From Nitrospirota bacterium (lineage in GTDB: Bacteria; JACPQY01): a stretch of 56,817 nt of DNA. Below the pieces are notes generated by a model. The model was not told the origin of the DNA, made no database searches, and worked only from the letters and a program-made list of their open reading frames with translations. The position numbers and the translations under genes were made by a program. Where the stretch lies: NCBI GenBank assembly GCA_016180645.1, contig JACPAV010000020.1, positions 62,001 through 118,817 on the forward strand, given 5' to 3'. Of the stretch, positions 18,600 through 28,270 are shown piece by piece. Within the stretch, counting starts at the first letter, position 1, and every line of letters begins with the position of its first letter.

Positions 18600-19024
18600 T
18601 GTCGACGAAAGCCGCGCCCCTGGTCCTACCGGATCCGCTGTTTACCCGAGAGCCTTGGAAGATTCGCCGAAGCGAGGCGGGTGGGTTCTACTGCCAGGGG
18701 GATCTCAACAGCGGGTCAGTCGAGATGGTCTTCCACACCGGGGACATCCGCCAGGCAGACGCGCGCCTGATTGAAGCTGCCCCGAAACTCTACCGGGCGT
18801 GCGTGCTGGCCCTCGAGGTCATCCGCCGCGAGCGACTGGAGGGCTACAACGGCGAAGACGAATTCGTGGATCCGGATGGCGTTCTCGGAATCGGCGATGT
18901 GCTCAAGGGAGCGATTGGCTCGGTGCATCGATCAAACCATAGCGGGGACACCACGGAGGTGACGCAACAACGGACCCTTGAGAGACCGGGATTCGGATTC
19001 GATAAGGAACGGCGGGAACGATGA
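18596..19024 (+). CDS. Hypothetical protein (ADARLIEAAP motif)
   Basis: Phage/ICE-type ANARLIAAAP-like motif. Confidence 0.65.
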   Translation: MMSTKAAPLVLPDPLFTREPWKIRRSEAGGFYCQGDLNSGSVEMVFHTGDIRQADARLIEAAPKLYRACVLALEVIRRERLEGYNGEDEFVDPDGVLGIGDVLKGAIGSVHRSNHSGDTTEVTQQRTLERPGFGFDKERRER

Positions 19025-19239
19025 ACAAGGCGGCGAACCTTCGCGAGCGACTGCGAAGATACGAAGACGAACTGGCGCGAAGTCGGGCGCAGTGGCGGTG
19101 GGGGGAGACGCGACGGTTTCAGTCCAGCAGCAGAAAGCTCGCGCGAAGGGCGTGGCTCATCGACCACATTTCGTGCATCAAGGTGGAACTTCGCCGCCTG
19201 GAAAAAGAACCTGAGGGCCCGGAACAGATCGGCCGCTGA
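19021..19239 (+). CDS. Small helical hypothetical protein
   Basis: ATGA coupling. Confidence 0.5.
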   Translation: MNKAANLRERLRRYEDELARSRAQWRWGETRRFQSSSRKLARRAWLIDHISCIKVELRRLEKEPEGPEQIGR

Positions 19240-19278
19240 GGATAGCGGCCGGCAGAGCCAGGTCGCGGGGCGCAAAGA

Positions 19279-19620
19279 GTGATGGACAAGTCCGATCCTG
19301 CAAGGGAAACGCTTCCCGAAGTGATCACGGATACGCAAGGCCGCACGGTCGCAAGCCGGATCCAGACCCCATTCGGCGAAGCCTGGGTCACCAAAGACCG
19401 CGGAACGGCGCTCAAGGCCGGTCTCGTAGGAACGGACAAGAAGACACAGCTCCCCGTATATTACATTTCAGACGATGAGGCTTTGTTCGTGAAAGACCTG
19501 AGCGAAGCCGGCAGGGCGAAGTACCACCTGTTCAAGACGATTTTCGATTCCCCCGCCGGGGCAGGCGATCCTCAACCCCTGAACACGCAGTCAGGCCCAC
19601 CCAAAGAGCCCAAGAAGTAG
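19279..19620 (+). CDS. Hypothetical protein
   Basis: Protein-like ORF. Confidence 0.6.
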   Translation: MMDKSDPARETLPEVITDTQGRTVASRIQTPFGEAWVTKDRGTALKAGLVGTDKKTQLPVYYISDDEALFVKDLSEAGRAKYHLFKTIFDSPAGAGDPQPLNTQSGPPKEPKK

Positions 19621-19769
19621 ATCATTCAATCCCCCCTGGGGAAGAAGAACAAGCCGCATCGAGAACGGAGAAGCCGACCTTGATTGATATGGATCAAGAG
19701 TCGCCGACCGAACATATGCGCTGCCAAGCCCCGAAGAACTTCAACGGACCACCACGAAACGAGGAAGCA

Positions 19770-20171
19770 ATGAACGACCAAGAGGCATCCGCGAGCGAGG
19801 TATTCGGCCCGGTCATCTGCTCATATACTAGGGCGCAGGCGTTGGAAGACGGCGTCCTTGTGGACGTGAGCGAAACCGCGAAAGAAGCCGGGATCCGATA
19901 CCCCGTAGCTCTCACGCGAGCCGTCTGGGGAAAGTATGTGGAAATCCCACCCGGTGTGACGGGCCAGGACGAAAAGGGAAGACTGTGGGACGTCCTATGG
20001 ATGCTGCGGTGGCAGATGCGGCGAGCCAATGGATCGACATGTCTTTTCAAGCTTCATGTCCGTAGCGACAACAGGGAGGTCACACCCCCGCTCGTCACGC
20101 TCAAAGCGATCTGCAGTCCAGGCGATACGCCCGAACCCGTCATCACGATCATGCTGCCGAACGAAGACTAG
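19770..20171 (+). CDS. DUF6573-like protein
   Basis: YTRAQALEDGVLVDV, QDEKGRLWDVL and PVITIMLPNED motifs. Confidence 0.8.
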   Translation: MNDQEASASEVFGPVICSYTRAQALEDGVLVDVSETAKEAGIRYPVALTRAVWGKYVEIPPGVTGQDEKGRLWDVLWMLRWQMRRANGSTCLFKLHVRSDNREVTPPLVTLKAICSPGDTPEPVITIMLPNED

Positions 20172-20446
20172 CTCCGCCGGCAGGATGCCGAAGCGGTGCC
20201 GGCGGCGCCCCGTCCCCATGGGAATTCATCTCGCCGTCCCCGGAGCGGAGCGAAGGGGGAAGCGGCCAGGCCGTGGTCCATGCCGCGCCGTCCTGGGCGC
20301 GGCGACATTGCACGGCCCCGTACCTTCCCTGGCACGGGGATGGCCGACCCGGCCCACCGGCAGGAAATCGGTGCATTGGAAGTCAAACGAACAAGAAAGG
20401 AACGGATGACGATGGCAGCAAACCGCGAAAACAAGGGAGTTACGCG

Positions 20447-20875
20447 ATGAAGACAGCGGCGAGAAGGCTGGGGACGGTGCTCGTCGGGCTCCTTTCCTGG
20501 ACATGGACGGAGATTCGGACCTGGCAATTCAGGCGTTGCGCCTTTCGGCTCGACCGGTTCATGGCGGGCGGACCTCTTCGGCTGGACATGGCGGAGTGGA
20601 AGCAGTTCGAGGCGGCGCAAGAAGGGGTCCGGGGACTCGTCAGCGAAATGAGTGCCATGGGCCTCCAAGGCCTGAAGGAACGGGCCATGATCCGACGGGC
20701 GACGCGCAAACACATAATGAAAATCAAGCCGAACGTTCCCCTGGGCGTACGGATCGAGTGTCTTTGGACGGGGCTGCGCGCAAAGGCGAGCTCGTGGTGG
20801 CGGAACGTCCTGGAAGAGGGTGAACAGTGGAGAAGGGGAAAGCAATGGGATCAACCAAACGTCCAGGAAGAGTGA
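20447..20875 (+). CDS. Hypothetical protein
   Basis: GGGAG RBS and ATG. Confidence 0.55.
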   Translation: MKTAARRLGTVLVGLLSWTWTEIRTWQFRRCAFRLDRFMAGGPLRLDMAEWKQFEAAQEGVRGLVSEMSAMGLQGLKERAMIRRATRKHIMKIKPNVPLGVRIECLWTGLRAKASSWWRNVLEEGEQWRRGKQWDQPNVQEE

Positions 20876-21234
20876 AGCGGATTCAGGCCCGCTCGAAAGC
20901 CGGCAGCCGGCGGCGACGGCACCAGTGCGAGAACTGCGGACGCCGGCTGACGGACGCGGGGATCATTCCTCTGCGTGAAATGTCCGGACTTACGGAGCGG
21001 CTCTCCGCCGGGGAAATCGTGCCTTCAGGGGAGTGCCGGAGGTGCGGAGCCGTAACGCACCTGGTGGAGAGCCCGATCAACGACCTTGTTAAGGCCGCCC
21101 GCGAGGGTCTTTACCACCTGGAAGGTGTTTACGACACCACGTCCGATGAAGACTACGGGGGGCGATCGCAAGTGCGCCAGAGCGACCTCCGGACGATTCA
21201 AATGCTGCGCCGGGCGCTGGGACATTTCGCGTAG
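20845..21234 (+). CDS. Zn-ribbon protein, paralog of 17447-17860
   Basis: HQCENC...GEIVPSGECRRCGAVTHL. Confidence 0.7.
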   Translation: MGSTKRPGRVKRIQARSKAGSRRRRHQCENCGRRLTDAGIIPLREMSGLTERLSAGEIVPSGECRRCGAVTHLVESPINDLVKAAREGLYHLEGVYDTTSDEDYGGRSQVRQSDLRTIQMLRRALGHFA

Positions 21235-21240
21235 CAGGAT

Positions 21241-22956
21241 ATGGCGAAGGAGCGGGTCATTTACGCCGCGGACCTCTTCTGCGGCGCCGGCGGGACCTCG
21301 ACGGGTCTGGCGCTGGCCTGCCGTCAGCTCGGCGTGGAGATCGACCTCCTGGCGATCAATCACTGGGACACGGCCATCGAAACCCACCGGACGAATCATC
21401 CATGGGCCAGGCACCTCCACTCACGACTCCAGGACGTCGACCCCAAGAAAGTCGTCCCCAGCGGGCGACTCCATCTCCTGGTCGCCAGTCCCGAGTGCAC
21501 GCACCACAGCCGGGCCAGAGGCGGCCGGCCGGTCAACGACCAGCTGCGCGCGTCCGGGTGGCTCGTCCTCAAGTGGCTTCAGGAACTCTATGTCGAGAAC
21601 GTCCTCATCGAGAACGTCACGGAGTTCAGGGAATGGGGGCCGCTGGGCGCGGATGGACGGCCCCTCAAGGGCCAGAAAGGAGAGACCTACCGGGCTTTCC
21701 TGAACGCCATCCGGTCGCTCGGATATCGGGTCGAAGAAGGGGTGCTCAATGCCGCCGATTATGGAGATGCGACGACGCGGGAGCGGCTGTTCATCCTGGG
21801 GCGGCGTCCGGCACACAAACGGATCGAGTGGCCGGTCCCCACGCACTCGCGAGAAAAGACAAAAGGGCTCTTCGGGACGCTGAAGCCCTGGCGTCCGGCG
21901 AAGGACATCATCGACTGGTCCCTACCGGGGGAGTCGATTTTCAGGCGGAAAAGACCGCTGTCGGCGAAGACCCTGGCGCGCATTGAAGCCGGACTCAGGA
22001 AATTCGGCGGGAAGGCGGCGGAGCCTTTCCTCGTGCTCCTGCGGGGAACGAGCAAGACACGCAGCGTGAAGCTGCCCTTGCCGACGATCACGGCCGGAGG
22101 CGGACACGTAGGTGTTGTTCAGCCCTTCCTGCTGGCCATCGATCACCACGGTGGAAACGGCCAACAGGTGAGAGACGTAAAGGATCCGGTTGCCGCGATC
22201 ACCACCAAAGCGCGCATCGCGCTGTGCGAGCCGTTCATTCTGTCGCACCGGACGTTCAAGAACGAGGCGGTGGATTCGATCCATCGGCCGCTACGAACGC
22301 TCGTCGGCACGGGCCGGGACATCAAGGTGGTACAGCCTTTTGTGATCTCGGCGGGAGGTCCTGAAGGACAGGGACGGAAGCCGAAGAGCGTCGGAGAGCC
22401 TCTCAGCACCGTTCTCACGGAAAACCGATCCAGCCTTCGCAGCCGCTACGGCGGAGTAGGCAGGGCGCTCGTCCAGCCCTTCATCGTTGAAGTCGGGCAC
22501 GGCGGAGCCGATAGCCACCGGGCCCACTCGGCCGAGGCCCCACTGGGGACGGTCACCGCAGTAAACCACTACGGGGTGGTGGATCCCCATCTGATCAAAT
22601 TCTACAAGGACGCGAAAACGCAGAACCAGCCGGTGACACGACCACTCGACACGATTACCACACGGGACCGGTTCGGACTCGTCCATCCCCTCCTTGGGGA
22701 GGGCAAGGATGGAACGCGCTACGCGATCGACATCCTGTTCCGGATGCTGAGGCCGGGCGAACTTGCGGCGGCCATGGGATTCGGCAGGGACTACCGATTC
22801 AGCGGCACCCAGAGCGCCCAGGTGCGGCAGATCGGCAACGCGGTACCGGTGAAACTGGCCATGAACCTTTGCCTCTCGCTCCTCAGCGAGGTCGCCGCGC
22901 GAATGGAAGCCGGCGGGAAAGAGACGAAAGAACAAGATGCGAAACAGGCAGCGTGA
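21241..22956 (+). CDS. DNA cytosine-5 methyltransferase (long phage/plasmid type)
   Basis: DLFCGAGG, SPECTHHS, ENV, RERLF and QIGNAVP motifs; repeated PL.TIT segments. Confidence 0.92.
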   Translation: MAKERVIYAADLFCGAGGTSTGLALACRQLGVEIDLLAINHWDTAIETHRTNHPWARHLHSRLQDVDPKKVVPSGRLHLLVASPECTHHSRARGGRPVNDQLRASGWLVLKWLQELYVENVLIENVTEFREWGPLGADGRPLKGQKGETYRAFLNAIRSLGYRVEEGVLNAADYGDATTRERLFILGRRPAHKRIEWPVPTHSREKTKGLFGTLKPWRPAKDIIDWSLPGESIFRRKRPLSAKTLARIEAGLRKFGGKAAEPFLVLLRGTSKTRSVKLPLPTITAGGGHVGVVQPFLLAIDHHGGNGQQVRDVKDPVAAITTKARIALCEPFILSHRTFKNEAVDSIHRPLRTLVGTGRDIKVVQPFVISAGGPEGQGRKPKSVGEPLSTVLTENRSSLRSRYGGVGRALVQPFIVEVGHGGADSHRAHSAEAPLGTVTAVNHYGVVDPHLIKFYKDAKTQNQPVTRPLDTITTRDRFGLVHPLLGEGKDGTRYAIDILFRMLRPGELAAAMGFGRDYRFSGTQSAQVRQIGNAVPVKLAMNLCLSLLSEVAARMEAGGKETKEQDAKQAA

Positions 22957-23105
22957 TTCGGATCGAAATGAACCGGACACGAGAGAGACGAGCGCGTGCG
23001 AGCGCCTGCCGTGCAACATGCGGCCCATCCGTGGGCCTCTTCCTCTCACGGTACTGCGCCATCCTTGGCTGGTGCCCACTGGCGCGCCTTGCCGGGCATG
23101 GTAAA

Positions 23106-23345
23106 ATGAGCTTCGTGACTGCTTCGGAGACCATGACGAGAATCGCTCGGGACCCGCACATCTGCGGTGGCTCACCTTGCGTCAAGGGTACCCGCATCCC
23201 CGTGTCTGTGATCCTCTCACACTTGGCGGCAGGAGAGAGTTTGGATGAACTCCTTGGCGGATTTCAGGGTTTGACCCGTGAGGACGTTTACGCCTGCCTG
23301 GCCTACGCCGCCATGAGCCTTTCCGATCAGCAGGCCACGCCTTGA
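23106..23345 (+). CDS. DUF433 antitoxin-like protein
   Basis: DPHICGGSPCVKGTRIPV...LTREDVYACLAYA. Confidence 0.88.
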   Translation: MSFVTASETMTRIARDPHICGGSPCVKGTRIPVSVILSHLAAGESLDELLGGFQGLTREDVYACLAYAAMSLSDQQATP

Positions 23346-23381
23346 CGCCCGCCTGCCGGCGGATCATGTGCCACCTCCCAC

Positions 23382-23726
23382 GTGAAGTTCTTCGTTGACG
23401 AAAACGTCTCACGAGATGCCGTTGAGGTCCTGCGTTTTTTCGGTCATGACGTCACCTATGTGAATGAGACGGCCGACCGGGGCCGCCCTGACACTTGGGT
23501 GTTTGAGAGGGCCCAGAAGGAGGGAAGGCTGATCGTGACTCGAGACCGTGCTCTGGCGGGAAAGTGCAAGAGTGGATCAACCGGCGGCATCTTGATTGCC
23601 GAGGGCAATCTGACTCGCGAGGAGGAAGCCCGTTTGGTTCGGAAATATCTTTCTGTCTCCGACCCTGGGCACATTCGAGGCAAACTGGTCGTTCTCGTAC
23701 CGGGAAAAGCTCCAGAGTATCTGTAG
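23382..23726 (+). CDS. DUF5615 PIN-like toxin
   Basis: MKFFVDENV, GHDV and A..EGRLIVTRD motifs; follows DUF433. Confidence 0.88.
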   Translation: MKFFVDENVSRDAVEVLRFFGHDVTYVNETADRGRPDTWVFERAQKEGRLIVTRDRALAGKCKSGSTGGILIAEGNLTREEEARLVRKYLSVSDPGHIRGKLVVLVPGKAPEYL

Positions 23727-24118
23727 GATCAACGGGGCCGATTGCCCCGGCCGGCGCAAGCTCTTCAATCTCTGACGGGGCGCTTCACGTCCCTGGTTTC
23801 CCCTTTTGTCTCCATGATTCCGGCGTCCCGTTCGGAGGTGAACGGGACGCCGGAAGATGAACCTTTGCCTATCGCTCCTCACCGAGGTCGCCGTGCGGAT
23901 GACGGGCGAAGAGGGAGACCCAGGCCACGACGGGGCTCGCCTCGCCGCGTAGGTAGACCCGGAGCGGAAATGTCAGGTGGCGCGTAGGGCTGGCTCGGGC
24001 TCGTGATCCCACCACCTGAAACCGGCCCAGAGGGCCGAGAAGACCTAACCGCCTTCGGCGGTGTTTCAGGTGGTGGGATGATGCCGATGAACGACGGAGC
24101 ATTTCCTGAAACGGAGGG

Positions 24119-24703
24119 ATGATGGAAACAGGAACCAGGGCAAGACGGGAAGGCGACTCGTGGGTGATTCGAAGGAACGGCGAAATGGCCGGGGTGCTGC
24201 CGGGAGGGTCTTCCGAACAACACATCCTATTTTGCATGAAGCTCGCGGGAAGCGGGCGTCCCATCATCCAGGAGAGTCATCCGGCGGAAACCCTGGCCGA
24301 ATTGCGGGAGCGGACGGGATACGGGTTCTGTTCCGGGCCGAACTACTGGTTCGGGATGGCCCTGGAGAGGGGCGAGTGGGACGAGTACGGCGATTTCGCG
24401 CGTTGCCTGGAATCCGGCCGCAGTTACCTCTACGGGAATAGCGTGTCGCCCGAAGCGATGGCCAGGAAGAAAACGGCGCTCACGCGAGAGTTCGCGCTGG
24501 CGGCGCGTTTCTGTTTCGACCATCCGGACGTTGAACTGTCGCTTGAAATCCGAAGCGGGCGCTCGGGCAACATCGTGAGGGATTATCGGATCCGGCGGCG
24601 CGGCGAATACGTCGAAATCGAGCTCCCGCACCATGACGCCGGGGGCGAGCGGGGCTGGATCACGCGCGACTGCAAATACAGGCATCTCGTCAACGTGGAC
24701 TGA
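24119..24703 (+). CDS. Hypothetical protein
   Basis: GGAGG RBS. Confidence 0.65.
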   Translation: MMETGTRARREGDSWVIRRNGEMAGVLPGGSSEQHILFCMKLAGSGRPIIQESHPAETLAELRERTGYGFCSGPNYWFGMALERGEWDEYGDFARCLESGRSYLYGNSVSPEAMARKKTALTREFALAARFCFDHPDVELSLEIRSGRSGNIVRDYRIRRRGEYVEIELPHHDAGGERGWITRDCKYRHLVNVD

Positions 24704-24742
24704 AACCGAAACGAAATGCGCATGAATTCCAAAGGAGGCGTT

Positions 24743-25072
24743 ATGCCGGACGTACTGACCGAGGAAGAAAAGGCCGTGGCCCGTGTTGGCAAAAAGCTCG
24801 AAGCCATCAAATTGTTTCGGGCGCGCACGGGAAGCAATTTGACCATCGCAAAAGAAGCCGTAGAAGTGTTCCAGCGCGAACACGGATACGCCGAACCGGG
24901 CGGGGAATACGTCCGAAGGTTCGGAACTTTCAATTGTCGCTTCGAGGATGAAATCAACGCCGAAATTGAGGCCGGGTCGAAATTCCTGGGAGTCCATTCG
25001 ATTCAAGTCCAAAAGATCGGCGGAACGGATACGGAACTGCTGGTGCATTTTCAACGACCTTGCGGCCGATAG
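24743..25072 (+). CDS. Protein with ribosomal L7/L12 C-terminal-like domain
   Basis: KKLEAIKLFRARTGSNLTIAKEAVE; AAGGAGG RBS. Confidence 0.65.
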   Translation: MPDVLTEEEKAVARVGKKLEAIKLFRARTGSNLTIAKEAVEVFQREHGYAEPGGEYVRRFGTFNCRFEDEINAEIEAGSKFLGVHSIQVQKIGGTDTELLVHFQRPCGR

Positions 25073-25081
25073 AGGGCTGCC

Positions 25082-25354
25082 ATGAGCGCAAAAGAAGAAG
25101 TCATTTGTGAGGCGCGCAATGCCGCACATGTCACCGAAGATGCAGAAGGGGTCAATAAGGGTTTCGTGGATGACGCCGACCGTCATCTTTTGGAGCTTCT
25201 TCTGATCCGGGAAAACGAGGCTATGGAAAGGGGACAGGTCGCCGACTCCGTGATTCGAAAGATCCTGGAGTCCGGGTTGGAATGTTTCCGCCGGCATCTG
25301 CCGGGAAATATCCGGGCCGGAGAGCGCGGGGACACGGCGCAGGAGACGACATGA
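25082..25354 (+). CDS. Hypothetical protein
   Basis: Operon position. Confidence 0.5.
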   Translation: MSAKEEVICEARNAAHVTEDAEGVNKGFVDDADRHLLELLLIRENEAMERGQVADSVIRKILESGLECFRRHLPGNIRAGERGDTAQETT

Positions 25355-25887
25355 AAAACATCGAACGAAGCACGGGGACACCGATTCGCGTGAACGGGCT
25401 CCCCACCGGGTTTCTTGCCGGGGGCGGTTATTCAGGATGCACGGACAAACTGGACCGAACGGTCCAAGCGGCGGCCGAACTGCTCACGCGCGAATTCGGA
25501 TGCAAGATTCAAATCCGGTTCAATTCCGACCGGGAAAGCGGCGGGGCCTTTATCGAACCGCCGCCGGCGGGCGAGTTGGGAATTTGCGCGGGCTATTTGC
25601 TCGTGCCCCCGAAAGGAATGAGCCGGGGAAAATGGATGGGCCTTCCCATCGGAACATGGCGCGAGGTCGGACGCAAACGGTTTTACGTGGCGTCCAACGT
25701 CGGAGTGGGGATGCTTCGAAATCCTCTGATGGCCGATAAGGGATACGTTAAGGACGAGACGGATCACCGCTATTCCTACCGATTCCACCGCAATATCGCG
25801 GGTGCGCTTGTGTGGATTCTCGAACACGTGGATCGGGCCACATGGACGACACTGCACACAACCGGGAAGGAGGAGATCAATGGCTGA
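25351..25887 (+). CDS. Hypothetical protein
   Basis: AGGAG RBS; coupled. Confidence 0.65.
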   Translation: MKNIERSTGTPIRVNGLPTGFLAGGGYSGCTDKLDRTVQAAAELLTREFGCKIQIRFNSDRESGGAFIEPPPAGELGICAGYLLVPPKGMSRGKWMGLPIGTWREVGRKRFYVASNVGVGMLRNPLMADKGYVKDETDHRYSYRFHRNIAGALVWILEHVDRATWTTLHTTGKEEING

Positions 25888-26161
25888 CGCCTTCCCCGGC
25901 CGTATCAGTCATGAAAAGTCGGCGGCAAGCAACGTACTGACCCATACCCCGTACCGATTCTTGTATCAGACGACACCGCGCATCGGCGGTCCCGGCTGGG
26001 CCTACGGGTGGGTGTCCTATCAGAATCCTTCCGGTCTGCCGGGCCTTGTTCGATCTTTGGAAAGAGAATCCCGGCGGTTGGGAAATGAATGCCGGTTCCG
26101 GGCCGACGAAGTGCATTCGGAAGATTTCGACCATCCGGACAATAAGAGGGGAGGACAATGA
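25880..26161 (+). CDS. Hypothetical protein
   Basis: AGGAGGAG RBS. Confidence 0.6.
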   Translation: MADAFPGRISHEKSAASNVLTHTPYRFLYQTTPRIGGPGWAYGWVSYQNPSGLPGLVRSLERESRRLGNECRFRADEVHSEDFDHPDNKRGGQ

Positions 26162-26478
26162 AACCGACCAAAAAGGAAAAAGCCTGGCTCAAGAAGGTGC
26201 AGGCTCTCACCGACGAATGCCCGGCCTGCGGGGGATCCGGTCGGGCGGAGGAAACGGTTGAAAACGAGAATCCTTGTCCGGTGTGCGCGCCCGTGCGGAT
26301 TGCCGTCCATCGAATCAGGAAGCTGGACAAGCCGCTCGAATCTTTCTCGCTCTACAGCGACGATGACGACGTGGTTCTTTTCGATACCGAGCGAGCGGCG
26401 TCGAGAGCAAAGGCCCGATGGGAAAAGGCCGCAGCAAACCACGTTCGGGGTCCTTATCGGCATTTCGGTCGAATCTAA
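26158..26478 (+). CDS. Small Zn-finger protein
   Basis: CPACGGSG...CPVC. Confidence 0.65.
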   Translation: MKPTKKEKAWLKKVQALTDECPACGGSGRAEETVENENPCPVCAPVRIAVHRIRKLDKPLESFSLYSDDDDVVLFDTERAASRAKARWEKAAANHVRGPYRHFGRI

Positions 26479-26493
26479 CCGAAAGGAGAAAAA

Positions 26494-27204
26494 ATGATTC
26501 TCACTCAACGCGCATTCGACAGCCTCTCCCTCGCCATCGGGCGGGTGGCACAAGCCCTGGACGCGCCGACCTATCGGCCGGCCTTCCTGATTCCGAGCTC
26601 GGTCTACGCGCTGACGGACCTGGCGCTCAAGTCGGGTTATCCGGAGTACCACGACAAGGTTCACGTCGCAGACGGGGAAAACCACGTGGCGTTCACGGTG
26701 ACGAACGGCAACGCCATGGTACGCGTGACGTTCCCGCGCGAGACCGTGGAGGAATATCCAATGTTCGACGGCGTACCGGCAACCACGCTCGATTCCGAAG
26801 CAGTGCTTCCCGTCGATACGTTGAGGGCGTTCCTCAAGACCGCCAAGGATGGCCCCAGAAGCCTCCCGATCCTGAGGAAGGTCGCCTGCGCAATCAACGG
26901 CGACATCACCTTCGCCCACACGGACTTGACCACACCCAAGGTGGTCAAGGTACCCAAGTCCGACAAGAAGTTCCCCGTTGTGGACAAATGCATTCCCAGG
27001 AAGAAGCCCGTTTTCAGCATCCACCTCAATCCGATCCTGCTGGTTGAAACGCTTCAAGTCATGGTGAAGACGCTATCGGAGCGGCCCGTTCAACCCTGTT
27101 TCACGTTCGAGTTCTACGGCGAAGAGCAGCCCGTCCTCATCAAGGCAAAGAGCCTGGATTCAGAGACCACGGAACTGGGACTCGTGATGCCGATGCGCGA
27201 CTGA
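26494..27204 (+). CDS. Short beta-clamp-like protein (236 aa)
   Basis: VTNGNAMV, KFPVVDKCIP, LNPILL and PVLIK...GLVMPMR resemble DnaN domain II/III motifs. Confidence 0.55.
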   Translation: MILTQRAFDSLSLAIGRVAQALDAPTYRPAFLIPSSVYALTDLALKSGYPEYHDKVHVADGENHVAFTVTNGNAMVRVTFPRETVEEYPMFDGVPATTLDSEAVLPVDTLRAFLKTAKDGPRSLPILRKVACAINGDITFAHTDLTTPKVVKVPKSDKKFPVVDKCIPRKKPVFSIHLNPILLVETLQVMVKTLSERPVQPCFTFEFYGEEQPVLIKAKSLDSETTELGLVMPMRD

Positions 27205-27213
27205 TCATTCCAG

Positions 27214-27603
27214 ATGAACGAGGGTATGGAAAGCGTCACGAACAGACCGGCAGGGCAAGCCGAAGAGGCAAGAGGGCCGCACGGCCTTCATCCGAGGAAC
27301 AAGGAGAAGAGACCTATCCTGAAAGAAGCCGCAAGCATAGGGCAGTCCATCGTAGAGGAGGATTTTCGGTGGAGCTTGCAATCCAGCCGAGGATCGATTC
27401 GGCGTTCGGCCCATAGACTCATGGAGCACATGCTGCAAGGAGCCGAATTCGAGGAGGTGTGGAAGGAGTACGCCCGCCTTTTCTGGACGGATGCGATCGA
27501 CCCGCCGGTACAGAGCGCCGTGAAGGAAGGACTGAAAGCGTACTGCGCAGGGCACAATCCCGCAGCCTATGGGGGAATATCTCACCCGGAGCAGGGATCA
27601 TGA
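27214..27603 (+). CDS. Hypothetical protein
   Basis: Operon position. Confidence 0.55.
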   Translation: MNEGMESVTNRPAGQAEEARGPHGLHPRNKEKRPILKEAASIGQSIVEEDFRWSLQSSRGSIRRSAHRLMEHMLQGAEFEEVWKEYARLFWTDAIDPPVQSAVKEGLKAYCAGHNPAAYGGISHPEQGS

Positions 27604-27806
27604 GACAACAAGGCGTGATCGGCGGCCCGCACAGGCGGCCCGCCGGAAGAAGGCAAAGAGAACAGACAGCGGAGAAGTTGCGGCGCGCCCTCAAGGCATT
27701 CATGGCCGAGTATGACGCGCCAGGCCGGGAAAATAGAAAAGAGATCAGGCTTGGACGCGCAGCCCTGGCCGGGACCAGGAAGCGGCAGAAGCACAACCGG
27801 AAATGA
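27600..27806 (+). CDS. Small basic hypothetical protein
   Basis: ATGA coupling. Confidence 0.45.
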   Translation: MRQQGVIGGPHRRPAGRRQREQTAEKLRRALKAFMAEYDAPGRENRKEIRLGRAALAGTRKRQKHNRK

Positions 27807-27813
27807 GACCCCG

Positions 27814-28179
27814 ATGAAAAGGATCCGACCCATCGTCAATCCAGACCTTCGACGCGCGCTGGAGGCATTCAAGGACCGCCCCGGAGGGGACGGGCGCTAC
27901 GTTGCCGCGTACTGGGAGCCCAACGGGGATGAACTATGCCTGGACAACGGGAGGCGGCTCGAATGCGGCCTCTCGGACAACTGGGCGTGGCTTCGATTCC
28001 TGCGGGACCCGGCAAACCGGTACGAGCTTGAGAAGGTACAACTTGGTAACAGCGAGCACACGGCCAATGACTGGGTCGTGTTCGACCTGAAGACGAACGT
28101 CGTCTTCGTCGCCGATGCCGGAGGAGCAAAGGCATTCGTGCGCCGCCCCCTTCGCTACGCTCCGGGGACGGCGATATGA
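27814..28179 (+). CDS. Hypothetical protein
   Basis: Protein-like; C-terminus supplied by repeat B. Confidence 0.65.
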   Translation: MKRIRPIVNPDLRRALEAFKDRPGGDGRYVAAYWEPNGDELCLDNGRRLECGLSDNWAWLRFLRDPANRYELEKVQLGNSEHTANDWVVFDLKTNVVFVADAGGAKAFVRRPLRYAPGTAI

Positions 28180-28270
28180 AAAATCATGGGATCCATGCGC
28201 CGCCAGTGGGCGCACTGAAATCAGATGGAAGAAAGCACTGCCGACAGGGCAGCAGGAAGGAGACCTCAAG

